The notes: generated from the letters alone by a model not told the origin. Counted from the first letter of the stretch, positions 39,373-49,402 are shown. The stretch: DNA of 64,000 nt from an uncultured Syntrophomonadaceae bacterium (GCA_964441025.1 CAYTXG010000002.1:22787-86786), one strand, 5' to 3'. Numbers and translations are program-made.

Positions 39373-39401
39373 AAAAACCGCCCTTGCAGGCGGTTTTTTT
39401 T
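39373..39401 (+). terminator. Intrinsic terminator after fbp
   Basis: AAAAACCGCC-CTTGCA-GGCGGTTTTT plus a T run. Confidence 0.88.
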
Positions 39402-39420
39402 CTGGATATTAGATAGTCGC

Positions 39421-39611
39421 TGTCGAATTTAAGGGAAATTTAATAGTATGTAAAGCAGGAAATTTGAAACGGCACCTGAATTAATTAGTAGGACCAGATC
39501 ATTTTGATGCCATTAATTACAATGATATCTTATTTCGACAACAGGCAGACGATAAGGGCCTGCGGGTGATGGGAAAGCGCCCTCTTAATCCGGGAAAGCG
39601 GTTTTTCGACC
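39421..39611. promoter_or_regulatory. Cluster of Spo0A boxes
   Basis: TGTCGAA at 39421-39427 (+), TTCGACA at 39534-39540 (perfect on -), TTCGACC at 39605-39611 (1 mismatch). Confidence 0.6.
39455..39483 (+). promoter_or_regulatory. SigH-type promoter
   Basis: GCAGGAAAT-11-CCTGAATTA (AGGA-17-GAAT). Confidence 0.65.
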
Positions 39612-39679
39612 TCGATGTTTACATAAGATTCCGATATAGTGGTTTCTAAATGACGGCACCAGGAAGGGAGGTCATCTTA

Positions 39680-41404
39680 CTGAAACAGCTGCACAAACAA
39701 TATTCATTGATCTTGCTGTTAGTCTTGTTTTTGCTCGCCATCATTGCCCCCGGATGCCTCAGGGTCAGTTCGGAAACGCTGGATCCCGATGAGCCCGGAG
39801 AGGAGGTTCCCGATCCCGAGGAGACCAAACGTCTTCAGGAGGAGTGGGAAAGACGCAACGAGGAGCTTAAAGAGGAACTGGGCTCTCTCTTTGTGCCCCT
39901 GCCTCCCCTGGACCAGCCGGACAACCCGCCCATCAAAGTGCGGGGCATCTACTTTACCGGCCATTCCATAGCCTACGGGGAACGGTACGAGCGAACGTTA
40001 AAATTGATTGAAGACACAGAATTGAATGCCATGGTTATCGACATAAAGGATGACAAGGGCAGGATGGCCTACCATAGCGATATTGCCGCGATCAACGAGA
40101 TGGATGCCTATTACGAGCCTGTGCCCATCACCGATATCGAGGCCACCATGAAAGAGCTCAAGGAGAGGGGCATCTATACCATAGCCCGGATTGTCGTTTT
40201 CAGGGACAGCCAGATCCTGCCCACGGTAAAGCCGGAGTGGTGCATTCCACTTAAGGGCGGCGGCCTGTACAAGGATGCCGGTTTCGCCTATGGCAACCCC
40301 TTTAACGAGGAGCTGTGGGATTACAATATCGCCATAGCCAAGGAGGCGGCCCTGCTGGGCTTCAATGAGATACAGTTTGACTATATCCGCTTTCCCGATA
40401 AAGCCGCCTACGTGGAGCAGGTAGCCAACTTCCCCGGCAGGAATGGTCGGACCAAGGCAGAAGCGATCCGCGGATTTATGGAGAAAGCGCGCGTAGAGCT
40501 CGCTCCGTACAATGTGCATGTGGCTTATGATGTCTTCGGCGTTATCGCCAGCTCCTGGGGCGACACCGACGATATCGGCCAGTGCTGGGAAGATTTCTCG
40601 GCAAACAGCGACTATATTTGCCCCATGATCTATCCGAGCCACTATTACCCCGTTGCCCAGGGAGGAAAGGTTGTCCCCTGCTGGTTTGGCCTGCGCTTCC
40701 CTGACACCAATCCCACCGTCACCATTACCGGAGCCCTGAGCGACGCCATCAAGCGCACCGCGCCGGTTAAGAATCCGGCCATCATCCGCCCCTGGCTGCA
40801 GGCTTTTACCGCCAACTGGCTGGGCAGCAGATACGGCAGTGAAGGCTTCATCCATTACGGGGCGGCGCAGATCCGCCAGCAGATCGATGCCGCCATGGCG
40901 CTGGGAATTGATGAATATATGCTCTGGGATGCCAGAAACGAGAACTATCCCCGGGAAGCATTTTACAGCGAGTCCGAGGCCCTCGAGAGGTATGAACAAT
41001 CCAGTAGCGCGCGGGAGGCAAAAGGACGCGATTCACTGGGAAGGACCCCGCAGGAAGCTGTGGAGTCCTATCTTGAAGCGCTGAGCAAGCTCAAGTGGCG
41101 CGAGGCATATCCCCTGCAAGCGGGTTATTCGGCAGAGGGCAATGCATATCGTGAATGGCTGCTCAACGCGCCGGGCAAGGTTGCGGAATGGAAAATTGGC
41201 GCCCTTGATCTTGCCGGGGATGCACCTGCCCTGGAGCTCTCCGTCACCCTGAACTTAGGCGGTGAAAAGAAAACACTGGGAAGCGAGAAATGGACCCTTC
41301 TCCAGGAGAACAATATCTGGAAGGTCAAACCCTCACCCCGCTTCCTGGAGCTTATCCGCAACGGCGAGACTGAAAAAAAGAAGCCGGAGCAGGATCCGGC
41401 ATGA
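39680..41404 (+). CDS. Putative lipoprotein glycoside hydrolase (DUF4015-like) with an extra C-terminal domain; probable CTG start
   Basis: Signal peptide ending IAPGC; VRGIY, LNAMVIDIKDD, IARIVVFRD, GFNEIQFDYIRFP, PMIYPSHY, RPWLQAF, YMLWD. The ORF is also open from ATG 39650. Confidence 0.82.
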   Translation: MKQLHKQYSLILLLVLFLLAIIAPGCLRVSSETLDPDEPGEEVPDPEETKRLQEEWERRNEELKEELGSLFVPLPPLDQPDNPPIKVRGIYFTGHSIAYGERYERTLKLIEDTELNAMVIDIKDDKGRMAYHSDIAAINEMDAYYEPVPITDIEATMKELKERGIYTIARIVVFRDSQILPTVKPEWCIPLKGGGLYKDAGFAYGNPFNEELWDYNIAIAKEAALLGFNEIQFDYIRFPDKAAYVEQVANFPGRNGRTKAEAIRGFMEKARVELAPYNVHVAYDVFGVIASSWGDTDDIGQCWEDFSANSDYICPMIYPSHYYPVAQGGKVVPCWFGLRFPDTNPTVTITGALSDAIKRTAPVKNPAIIRPWLQAFTANWLGSRYGSEGFIHYGAAQIRQQIDAAMALGIDEYMLWDARNENYPREAFYSESEALERYEQSSSAREAKGRDSLGRTPQEAVESYLEALSKLKWREAYPLQAGYSAEGNAYREWLLNAPGKVAEWKIGALDLAGDAPALELSVTLNLGGEKKTLGSEKWTLLQENNIWKVKPSPRFLELIRNGETEKKKPEQDPA

Positions 41405-41452
41405 CCAGTCTGCGCCGGTAAAAGTGGTGTAATTGAACGGAGATTTTTTAGG

Positions 41453-41480
41453 GCGGCCCGGCGGGCCGCACTTCTTTTTG
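41453..41480 (+). terminator. Possible terminator
   Basis: GCGGCCC-GGC-GGGCCGC followed by ACTTCTTTTTG. Confidence 0.5.
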
Positions 41481-41572
41481 GGCATATGAACCGGCAATCC
41501 CAAACAGCACCGGGGGTATCAGACTTCGCGCATATACTTAAAGTAGGGGCATGCGCCAACATTCAACCATCT

Positions 41573-41602
41573 GTATAAGCTGTCTCCATCTGCTGCAAAC
41601 TA
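41573..41602 (+). promoter_or_regulatory. SigG-type promoter of tepA-ylzJ
   Basis: GTATA-18-CAAACTA; tepA is a forespore gene in B. subtilis. Confidence 0.55.
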
Positions 41603-41629
41603 AAATGTTTCTTGGCAGGAGGCGATCGC

Positions 41630-42376
41630 TTGTCTCATTTTAGCCGCCGCAAGCGGCAGCCGTTGCGGCGAAACTGCAAAACCCAGTCGCCGCCTTCCCC
41701 TGCGCCGGCGGCTGTTCTGAACAATATCCAGCAGCTGGGCCAGGTCCAGGCGCCTCAGCTGGAGAGCAATGTCTATGCGCTGCCCATTATCGGCCAGATC
41801 GAGGGGCACCTGACTCTGCCGCCGCAGAATAAAACCACCAAGTATGAGCATGTCATTCCCCAGCTTGTGGCGGTGGAGCAAAATCCAAAAATTGAGGGGC
41901 TTCTCGTACTTCTGAATACCGTCGGCGGAGATGTGGAGGCGGGGCTGGCCATCGCCGAGATGATCGATACCCTCTCCAAGCCCACCGTAACGCTGGTGCT
42001 GGGCGGTGGCCACAGTATCGGGGTGACCCTGGCGGTGGCCGGCGATTATTCCTTTATCTCCGAGACTGCTACAATGACAATCCATCCTATCCGCCTCACC
42101 GGCCTGGTTATCGGCGTGCCCCAAACATTCGAGTATCTCGACAAAATGCAGGACCGGGTGATCCAGTTCATCACCAGGCATTCGCAGATCACCGAAAAAA
42201 AATTCCGGGAGCTCATGTTCAGCACCGGGCAGCTGGCCCGAGATATCGGCACAGTGCTGGTGGGAAAAGATGCGGTCAAAGTGGGGCTTATCGACGAGAC
42301 CGCCGGGCTGGGCAGGGCCATCGCTCTTCTGAACAGGCTCATTGAGGAGCGGCGGGAGGAGGAGGGGGACCCATGA
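41630..42376 (+). CDS. tepA: ClpP-like protease TepA
   Basis: [56 protein letters not shown] 41630 follows AGGAGG. Confidence 0.93.
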   Translation: MSHFSRRKRQPLRRNCKTQSPPSPAPAAVLNNIQQLGQVQAPQLESNVYALPIIGQIEGHLTLPPQNKTTKYEHVIPQLVAVEQNPKIEGLLVLLNTVGGDVEAGLAIAEMIDTLSKPTVTLVLGGGHSIGVTLAVAGDYSFISETATMTIHPIRLTGLVIGVPQTFEYLDKMQDRVIQFITRHSQITEKKFRELMFSTGQLARDIGTVLVGKDAVKVGLIDETAGLGRAIALLNRLIEERREEEGDP

Positions 42377-42609
42377 TCCACTATGCCGCCCTGCCCCTCG
42401 AACTCATCTTTGAAGGCTGCGACAGCTACAGGCCTGCGCACCTGTGCATCCCCTTTCACCGGGGCTCCATTATTGTCGAACCCCTTCCGCCTGCGGGTGC
42501 GCGCATCATTCAACTTATCAGCAGCGATCTCCAGGATTATCTAGATCCCCGGTTTCAGCCCGGCCGTATCATAGATCTGCTTTCAGGTCTCCCGGAGCCG
42601 GAACGGTAA
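42373..42609 (+). CDS. ylzJ: YlzJ-like protein
   Basis: [33 protein letters not shown]; coupled to tepA. Confidence 0.88.
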   Translation: MIHYAALPLELIFEGCDSYRPAHLCIPFHRGSIIVEPLPPAGARIIQLISSDLQDYLDPRFQPGRIIDLLSGLPEPER

Positions 42610-42680
42610 TCTTGCGCTCCAGGCTTTGCTTCCGGCTGAATATAATCACGATGGCATATTTCTATGGGCAGGGCGTAAAA

Positions 42681-43667
42681 ATGAGAGAGCCTGCATCCGT
42701 CCGGAGGGGAGGAGCCCTGTTGCTGTGGACCGGCCTGCTTAAAGCCGCAGTTTATCTGGGGATATTTCTATGCGGGCTGCGCCTGATGAGCAACGCCATC
42801 GCCCGCAGCTCCGGCACCGCATTCAAAAACATACTTGCCCGGCTGACCGGCAGCCCCTGGCGCGGCTTCTGCACCGGATTCCTGGTGACGGCGCTGCTGC
42901 AGAGCAGCAGCCTGACCACGGTTATGGTGGTCAGCCTGGTCAATGCCGGTGTGATGACCCTCTCGCAAAGCTGCGGCGTGATCATCGGGTCCAATGTGGG
43001 CACCACCATTACAGGGCAGCTGCTCTCCTTTGAGCTGTTCCGGCTGGCCTTGCCCCTTGCCGGCCTGGCGGCTCTCTTTCTATTTCTGCCGCACAGGGGC
43101 ACGCGGAAAGCCGCGGCGCCGCTTCTCGGCTGCAGCCTTCTCCTTTTCGGAATGGACGGCATGACCGGGGCGCTGGCTTCACTGAAGGAGAGCGCTCTTT
43201 TCACCGCCTCGCTGCAGGCGGCGGGAGAGACGCCATTGCGGGCGATCCTCACAGGTTTTGCCGCCGCCGCCACTCTGCAGAGCAGCAGCGCGGTGATGGG
43301 GATCGTGCTGGGCCTGGCCCGGGAAGGGATGATCACCCTTCCTGCAGGCATTGCACTGGTAATCGGAGCGGACCTGGGCACCTGCTCCACCGCCTTGATC
43401 GCCTCCATCGGGATGGAGGACACCGCCCGCCGGGCGGCCTGGTTTCATTTTTTCTTCAACTTTGTCAGCACGGCGCTGGCCATGCTCTTTTTCCCCGACC
43501 TGGTTTTCATCGCGGTGAAAAGTGGCTCAACGCTGACCCGGCGCCTGGCCAACGCCCATTTCCTGTACAATTTTATCGGGGCCCTTCTGCTGCTTCCCCT
43601 TGTGGCGCCGCTGTCAAGGCGCCTGGAAAGGCCAACCTACCGCGGTTTTGGCCGCCGCCGGCCCTGA
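42681..43667 (+). CDS. Na/Pi cotransporter family protein (no PhoU domains)
   Basis: Two QSSS repeats, GSNVGTT and GADLGTCST; all membrane-type segments. The start is uncertain. Confidence 0.85.
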   Translation: MREPASVRRGGALLLWTGLLKAAVYLGIFLCGLRLMSNAIARSSGTAFKNILARLTGSPWRGFCTGFLVTALLQSSSLTTVMVVSLVNAGVMTLSQSCGVIIGSNVGTTITGQLLSFELFRLALPLAGLAALFLFLPHRGTRKAAAPLLGCSLLLFGMDGMTGALASLKESALFTASLQAAGETPLRAILTGFAAAATLQSSSAVMGIVLGLAREGMITLPAGIALVIGADLGTCSTALIASIGMEDTARRAAWFHFFFNFVSTALAMLFFPDLVFIAVKSGSTLTRRLANAHFLYNFIGALLLLPLVAPLSRRLERPTYRGFGRRRP

Positions 43668-43766
43668 ACGGATCTGCCGCAGATCAATATCCCGCCCCCT
43701 GCAGGATAATCAGCCTCAATACAGAAAAGATAAATGCACATACTTTCGGGACATAAGGAGGAAGCA

Positions 43767-44552
43767 ATGGGCTTGATCAAGGTAATTCTGCTGGGCGTGA
43801 TTCAAGGTTTGACGGAATTTTTACCCGTAAGCAGTTCGGGTCATCTCGTGATTTTTCAGCGCATCTTCGGAGTTGAAGGCACCGGCGTAACCCTGGAGGT
43901 ACTGCTGCATTTCGGAACGCTTCTGGCGGTCTTCTGGGTATTTCGCCGCGACTTTTTAAATTTGCTTAAATTTACCAGGGACAGAGCCCAGCTTCGCTTC
44001 CTGCTGATGCTCATACTGGGATGCATCCCCACGGCGCTGCTTTACTTTCTTTTCGGCGATTTCATCGAATCCATCTTTCATTCCCTGCTGCTGACGGGGG
44101 CGGCGCTCCTGGTCACCGGAGGTATCCTGAAGCTGCTTACGCTTCTGCCCGAGGGTGGAAAAGATATTATAAAAATGAAGCCCCTTGACGCCCTCTGGAT
44201 CGGACTGCTCCAGGGGATTGCCATGATCCCGGGGATTTCACGTTCCGGCTCAACCATTACCGCCGCTCTCTGGAGAGGGCTGGACCGCGCCACCGCCGTG
44301 CGCTACTCCTTCATGCTGGCTGCGCCGGTTATATTCGGAGCCACTCTTCTAGAGGTCAAAGATATGATCAAAGCGGGTATTGAAAAAACCATGCTCCTTG
44401 AATACACTGCAGGGACGGTCGCCGCCTTCATCTTCGGGATCCTGGCCATACGCCTTTTTATCCACCTGCTGCAGCAGAAGAAATTCCACTACTTTGCCTA
44501 CTACTGCTGGGCTGCGGGGGCCGCGGTGATTGCCGCCTCATTTTTCTTGTAG
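43767..44552 (+). CDS. uppP: Undecaprenyl-diphosphate phosphatase
   Basis: IQGLTEFLPVSSSGHL, LHFGTL, PGISRSGSTI. ATG 43767. Confidence 0.96.
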   Translation: MGLIKVILLGVIQGLTEFLPVSSSGHLVIFQRIFGVEGTGVTLEVLLHFGTLLAVFWVFRRDFLNLLKFTRDRAQLRFLLMLILGCIPTALLYFLFGDFIESIFHSLLLTGAALLVTGGILKLLTLLPEGGKDIIKMKPLDALWIGLLQGIAMIPGISRSGSTITAALWRGLDRATAVRYSFMLAAPVIFGATLLEVKDMIKAGIEKTMLLEYTAGTVAAFIFGILAIRLFIHLLQQKKFHYFAYYCWAAGAAVIAASFFL

Positions 44553-44613
44553 ATCATGTGGGTATCTCCCCGTTGAAATATCTGCGGGTTTATCCGGGGC
44601 TTTTTAAGATGGT

Positions 44614-44642
44614 TCCCCCTCTAACCGGGGGATCGAGGGGGA
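44614..44642. repeat. G/C-run palindrome TCCCCCTC...GAGGGGGA
   Basis: 8-bp perfect stem with loop TAACCGGGGGATC, abutting the ftsK -35. Confidence 0.35.
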
Positions 44643-44643
44643 T

Positions 44644-44672
44644 TTGCCCGGCCCCGCGGAATAGGTTATAAT
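44644..44672 (+). promoter_or_regulatory. SigA promoter of ftsK/spoIIIE
   Basis: TTGCCC-17-TATAAT. Confidence 0.7.
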
Positions 44673-44691
44673 GTAACCCTGGAGGCAATAT

Positions 44692-47007
44692 ATGGGAAAA
44701 CGCGGCAAAAATAAAAAGGGCAGGTCCCAGTCGGGATTGCGCGAAGAGATCGGCACCCAGATAAAAGGAATTCTGGTCATTGCCCTGGCGGTATTCTGCT
44801 ATGCCGGCGTGACCTACTCGGAGCAGGCCGGCGAGCTGGGGCTCTTTGTGAATAACCTTTTTCGTATTATTGCCGGCGATACCGCGGTGGTGATCCCTTT
44901 TCTGATCGGCATACTGGGCTTGCGGATCGTGCTTCCAGATCAGACTTTTAACCTTAAATCCCGGCTCATCGGCATCATAATTCTGCTGTTGCTTTTCACG
45001 GTCAGGGCCCATTTCACCCTGATGCTCGAACAGGTGGATGCTTTTACCGGGCAGGACTTTTACCGGGCCATGCTGAATATGGGTCTGCAAAAAATGGGGG
45101 GCGGCCTGCTCGGCGCGGCCATGGCCGTGCTTCTTTTCTTCTGTTTCAAGGAAATAGGCAGCTATATTGTCATCGCCGCGGCGGCGCTGGTGGCCCTGCT
45201 CCTGATCATGAATGTCACGGTGACCCAGATATTCAGGCAGCTGGGCAAATTGCTGGCCCTGTCAGGCAAGATATTCAAAAAAGCAGGCGCTTACCTGAAG
45301 GAGCTATACTCCATTCTGATGAGCGGTTCTGAAGAGGAAGCGGCGCCTGAGGAAAAAAAAATTATCGAAACAGGTGAGGGGGAACTTCCGGGATTTCAGG
45401 AGCCGCCCCGGAACGGCCCGGGGGGTGCAAAAGCAACCCCGGAGGGGTGGAAAGGGGATTATGCCTCACCGGAAGGTTATTACCAGAAAGAGCGGCGACT
45501 GGCTCTTGTTGAACCGCCGGAAAACGGCAGGGAGCCCGCTGCCGGGGAGAAAAAATTCAGGGTGCCGGGCACATACATGACACCCTCTCCCGATCTGCTT
45601 GCCCCTCCCGGCCGCCTGGGCGAGCAGCAGCAGATCAAGGGTATCCGGGAGAGGGCCAGGCTGCTGGAAAGCACGCTGGAGAGCTTCGGGGTGAAGGCCA
45701 AGGTGAGCCATGTCCAGTCCGGTCCCACCGTCACCCGCTTCGAGGTGCAGCCGGAGGCAGGGGTAAAAGTCAGCCGTATCGTCAGCCTCTCCGACGACAT
45801 TGCGCTGAACCTGGCTGCACCGCTGGTGCGCATCGAGGCGCCCATTCCGGGAAAAGCGGCGCTGGGGATCGAGGTGCCGAACAAGATCATTGCCCTGGTC
45901 TATCTGCGCGAAGTCATCGAGGATCCGGGCTTCTTAAACAGCCGTTCACCCCTGACCATAGGTCTGGGCAAGGATATTACCGGCGTTCCCGTCATCGCCG
46001 ATCTCACCAGGATGCCGCATCTTCTTATTGCCGGCTCCACCGGTTCGGGGAAAAGCGTCTGCCTTAATGCGCTGATCATCAGCATCCTGTACAAGGCGCT
46101 GCCGGAGCAAGTCCGCTTTCTGATGATCGATCCCAAGGTTGTGGAGCTGAGTGTTTACAACGGCATTGCCCACCTGCTCATGCCGGTGGTCACCGAGCCG
46201 AAAAAAGCTTCGCTGGCCCTCAGGAACATGGTCAAGGAGATGAACCGGCGCTATGAAATGTTTGCCCGCGAGGAGGTGCGGGAAATTGGCGCCTACAATA
46301 AACTTGTCGCCTCCGGGGGCCGCGATGGAGAGATACTGCCCTATTATGTGGTTATTATTGATGAGCTGGCCGACCTGATGCTCGTCTCTCCGGGAGAGGT
46401 GGAGGATTCCATTGCCCGCCTGGCCCAGATGTCACGGGCGGCAGGCATTCACCTGGTCATAGCCACCCAGCGTCCCTCTGTGGATGTGCTTACCGGTGTG
46501 ATCAAGGCCAATATCACTTCCCGTGTTGCCTTTACTGTCTCTTCACAGGTCGATTCGCGAACGATTCTGGACATGGCCGGCGCGGAGAAGCTTCTCGGGC
46601 GGGGCGATATGCTTTTCTACCCCGTTGGTTCGGTGAAGCCCATCCGTGTTCAGGGCGCCTATGTCAGCGAGCGTGAAATCAAGCGCATTACCGATTACAT
46701 CAAGGAACAGGGGTGGGCTGAATACGAGGTGGATCTGGACTCGCTGGAGACGGAGACTGAAGAGCTTTTCGAACCCGATGAACTTTTTCCCGACGCCCTG
46801 GAGCTCGTCGTGCGGACAGGACAGGCTTCCATCTCCCTGCTGCAGCGGCGTTTTCGCATCGGCTACACCCGCGCGGCCCGCCTTATCGACGATCTTGAGC
46901 GGCGGGGTATTGTTGGAGAGTATGAAGGAAGCAAGCCGCGGGAGGTAATTGTCACTCCCGAGCAGGCGGCCAAACTTTACGAAGAGTTTAAAAAGGCAAA
47001 TCAATAA
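44692..47007 (+). CDS. ftsK: DNA translocase FtsK/SpoIIIE
   Basis: N-terminal TM domain, AGSTGSGKS, IIDELADLM, ATQRPSVDV, AEKLLGRGDML, and a gamma domain LLQRRFRIGYTRAARLID. Confidence 0.97.
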   Translation: MGKRGKNKKGRSQSGLREEIGTQIKGILVIALAVFCYAGVTYSEQAGELGLFVNNLFRIIAGDTAVVIPFLIGILGLRIVLPDQTFNLKSRLIGIIILLLLFTVRAHFTLMLEQVDAFTGQDFYRAMLNMGLQKMGGGLLGAAMAVLLFFCFKEIGSYIVIAAAALVALLLIMNVTVTQIFRQLGKLLALSGKIFKKAGAYLKELYSILMSGSEEEAAPEEKKIIETGEGELPGFQEPPRNGPGGAKATPEGWKGDYASPEGYYQKERRLALVEPPENGREPAAGEKKFRVPGTYMTPSPDLLAPPGRLGEQQQIKGIRERARLLESTLESFGVKAKVSHVQSGPTVTRFEVQPEAGVKVSRIVSLSDDIALNLAAPLVRIEAPIPGKAALGIEVPNKIIALVYLREVIEDPGFLNSRSPLTIGLGKDITGVPVIADLTRMPHLLIAGSTGSGKSVCLNALIISILYKALPEQVRFLMIDPKVVELSVYNGIAHLLMPVVTEPKKASLALRNMVKEMNRRYEMFAREEVREIGAYNKLVASGGRDGEILPYYVVIIDELADLMLVSPGEVEDSIARLAQMSRAAGIHLVIATQRPSVDVLTGVIKANITSRVAFTVSSQVDSRTILDMAGAEKLLGRGDMLFYPVGSVKPIRVQGAYVSEREIKRITDYIKEQGWAEYEVDLDSLETETEELFEPDELFPDALELVVRTGQASISLLQRRFRIGYTRAARLIDDLERRGIVGEYEGSKPREVIVTPEQAAKLYEEFKKANQ

Positions 47008-47048
47008 AAAGCCTCTATCCGCCGTTAAAATTAAAGGAGGCCAGTGCT

Positions 47049-47867
47049 ATGGAAAAAGTGGGGGATTTTTTGAAAAGCTCCCGGCAGGACCGGCAAATTT
47101 CTTTGCATGAAATCAGTGAACGGACGAAGATCCAGCAGCATTACCTGGAGGCGCTGGAGCGGGGCGATTTCAAGAAATTTTCCGGTGAGGTCTATCTTAA
47201 GGGAGCGCTGCGGAGCTACGCCGAATCCATCGGCCTGGATCCGGGAGAAGTGATGGAGCTCTACCGCAGACGAAAAGGTGAGGCAGAACCTGAAGAGCCG
47301 GCTGCTCCCGTGGAGAAGGCGTCGGCGCAGCCGCGAGTGCCTCGAGGCGAGGGGAGTCCCTCTTTTGTTTACGGGATTATTGTGCTTGCCCTGCTCCTGG
47401 CTGCGGGCGGCTACTGGCTTTCCAGCCTGGACAGCCCGGTAAACCCTTTCAAACAGAGCCATACCAATTCCCAGGCCGGCCATGTTGACCCCGGAAAACC
47501 CGGCCCACCCTCTGAGGGAGAAGCAGGCGGTGATGAAGCAGAACCGGTCGTCAAAGAGGCTGAAATCAAGCTTTCCACGGAAGAGTCAACTGCGCAGGAG
47601 ACAGTTTTTACTGTAAGTAATACTGAGCGGCTGAAGCTGGAGCTCTCCTCAGGCGAAGCCTGCTGGATCAAGGCGCTCATGGACGACAGGGAACAATTCG
47701 AACCGCGAAACCTGAGGAGCGATGAAGGGATGACGCTTGAGGCTTCGGAAAAGATCTGGATTCGACTGGGCAACCCCCGGAGCATCAAGATTATCCTGAA
47801 CGGCATCGAAGTGAAGGGGATAAGCGGCAAAAAAGATCCCCACAACATTCTTTTTATCCGCAGCTAG
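47049..47867 (+). CDS. rodZ: RodZ-like HTH / DUF4115 membrane protein
   Basis: VGDFLKSSR..ISERTKI..YLEALERG..YLKGALRSYA, one TM, and a C-terminal WIRLGNP. Confidence 0.85.
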   Translation: MEKVGDFLKSSRQDRQISLHEISERTKIQQHYLEALERGDFKKFSGEVYLKGALRSYAESIGLDPGEVMELYRRRKGEAEPEEPAAPVEKASAQPRVPRGEGSPSFVYGIIVLALLLAAGGYWLSSLDSPVNPFKQSHTNSQAGHVDPGKPGPPSEGEAGGDEAEPVVKEAEIKLSTEESTAQETVFTVSNTERLKLELSSGEACWIKALMDDREQFEPRNLRSDEGMTLEASEKIWIRLGNPRSIKIILNGIEVKGISGKKDPHNILFIRS

Positions 47868-47917
47868 GGCCGGTGCCCGGACCGGGCACTCCGCCTGATG
47901 TATGAAAATGAAGGAGC

Positions 47918-49303
47918 ATGAGTCAGGAGCAGCAGATATCGATGACAGAAGGGCTTAAAGTGGCCGCCGTAACCCTGGGATGCGCTAAAAACCGCATCGA
48001 CACGGAAGAGATCCTGGGCCTGCTTGGCTGCAGCGGTTACCTGGTTACCGATCACCCGCTGGAAGCGGATGCAGTTATTGTCAATACCTGCGCTTTTATT
48101 GAGGCGGCGCAGCAGGAATCCATCAATGAACTGTTGAGCCTGGTCGTGCGGCGGAGCAACAAGCGCCCCCTGATCATCGCCGCAGGCTGCCTGGCCCAGC
48201 GCTTCGGCAGGCGGCTGATGGATAGCATCCCCGAACTGGGGGGAGTCATCGGGGTGCATAGCTATGCGGAGTTGCCGGCCTTCCTGGAAAGCTGCTTCAC
48301 CGGAAAGCGGGAGCTCCTGCTTGCGCCCCCTCCGGCAGGTTACATCAGCCTGGGCCCCCGTCTCCTGACCGCCCCGCCGCACAGCGCCTGCGTGAAGATC
48401 GCCGAGGGCTGTAGCAACCGCTGCAGCTACTGTTTGATCCCCTCACTGCGCGGACCCCTGCGCAGCCGCCCCGCTGCGGATATCATCACCGAGATAGGGC
48501 AGCTAATTGCCGGCGGCGCCCGCGAGATCAACCTTGTTGCCCAGGATACCACCGCTTATGGAACCGAATTGGGGGAGTCCGGTGGGTTGAGTGAACTTGT
48601 GGCGCAGATACTGGGGGAAATACCATCCTGTTTCCGGCTCCGGATCCTTTATACCCACCCGGCCCGGGTGAGCAACGCCCTTATTGATCTCATCGCCCGG
48701 GAGGAGCGCCTGTGCAAGTACCTTGATCTGCCGCTGCAGCACATAAACAGCTCTGTGCTGAAAAGCATGGGCCGGCGCTACTGCCGGGAGGATGTGGTGA
48801 AACTGGTGGGAAAACTGCGTGGGCGCATCCCCGGCATTGTTCTGCGGACCACTTATCTGACGGGTTTCCCTGGAGAAAGCCCTGCGCAATTTCAAGAACT
48901 GCGCTCATTCATGCAGCAGAAGCCTTTTGAGCGGGTGGGTGTCTTCAGCTACTCCCGCCAGCGGGGGACAGCGGCGGCCCTCCGGAAGGATCAGATCCCC
49001 CGCCGGGTGGCGGAAAAAAGGAGAGATGCCCTGCTCAGGGTCCAGCAAAATGCGTCGCTCAATTTTAACCGCAGCCTGGTGGGCTCCACATGCACAGTGC
49101 TCGTCGAGAGCCGCGCCGTGGAGAGGCGTTCGCTCCACTGCGGGCGCACATCCTTTCAGGCCCCCGGGGTTGACGGGCTGCTCTATTTTTACTCTTCCCA
49201 ACCTCTCCGGCCCGGCACTTTAGCCAGAGTAGCGGTAACCTCCGCCTCTGCCTACGACCTCTTCGGCAGGCTGTTGGGGTCTGCAGAAATGTCTGCCACC
49301 TGA
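47918..49303 (+). CDS. rimO: Ribosomal protein S12 methylthiotransferase
   Basis: LGCAKN, NTCAFI, AGCLAQ, radical SAM CSNRCSYC and a TRAM domain. The start may be ATG 47942. Confidence 0.95.
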   Translation: MSQEQQISMTEGLKVAAVTLGCAKNRIDTEEILGLLGCSGYLVTDHPLEADAVIVNTCAFIEAAQQESINELLSLVVRRSNKRPLIIAAGCLAQRFGRRLMDSIPELGGVIGVHSYAELPAFLESCFTGKRELLLAPPPAGYISLGPRLLTAPPHSACVKIAEGCSNRCSYCLIPSLRGPLRSRPAADIITEIGQLIAGGAREINLVAQDTTAYGTELGESGGLSELVAQILGEIPSCFRLRILYTHPARVSNALIDLIAREERLCKYLDLPLQHINSSVLKSMGRRYCREDVVKLVGKLRGRIPGIVLRTTYLTGFPGESPAQFQELRSFMQQKPFERVGVFSYSRQRGTAAALRKDQIPRRVAEKRRDALLRVQQNASLNFNRSLVGSTCTVLVESRAVERRSLHCGRTSFQAPGVDGLLYFYSSQPLRPGTLARVAVTSASAYDLFGRLLGSAEMSAT

Positions 49304-49339
49304 TCAAAAAAGAGGAATGCCCATCCTTCCGGCAATCTG

Positions 49340-49368
49340 TTGCCCGGTAGCCGCTTCTTTGCTATAAT
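49340..49368 (+). promoter_or_regulatory. SigA promoter
   Basis: TTGCCC-17-TATAAT with an extended TG. Confidence 0.7.
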
Positions 49369-49402
49369 CAAACATACATTATGTAAACTACCAAGGGAGC
49401 GG

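Noticed and set aside
47873-47890. GTGCCCGG-A-CCGGGCAC hairpin between rodZ and rimO
   Set aside because: A single short GC dyad with no U-tract and no clear family link.
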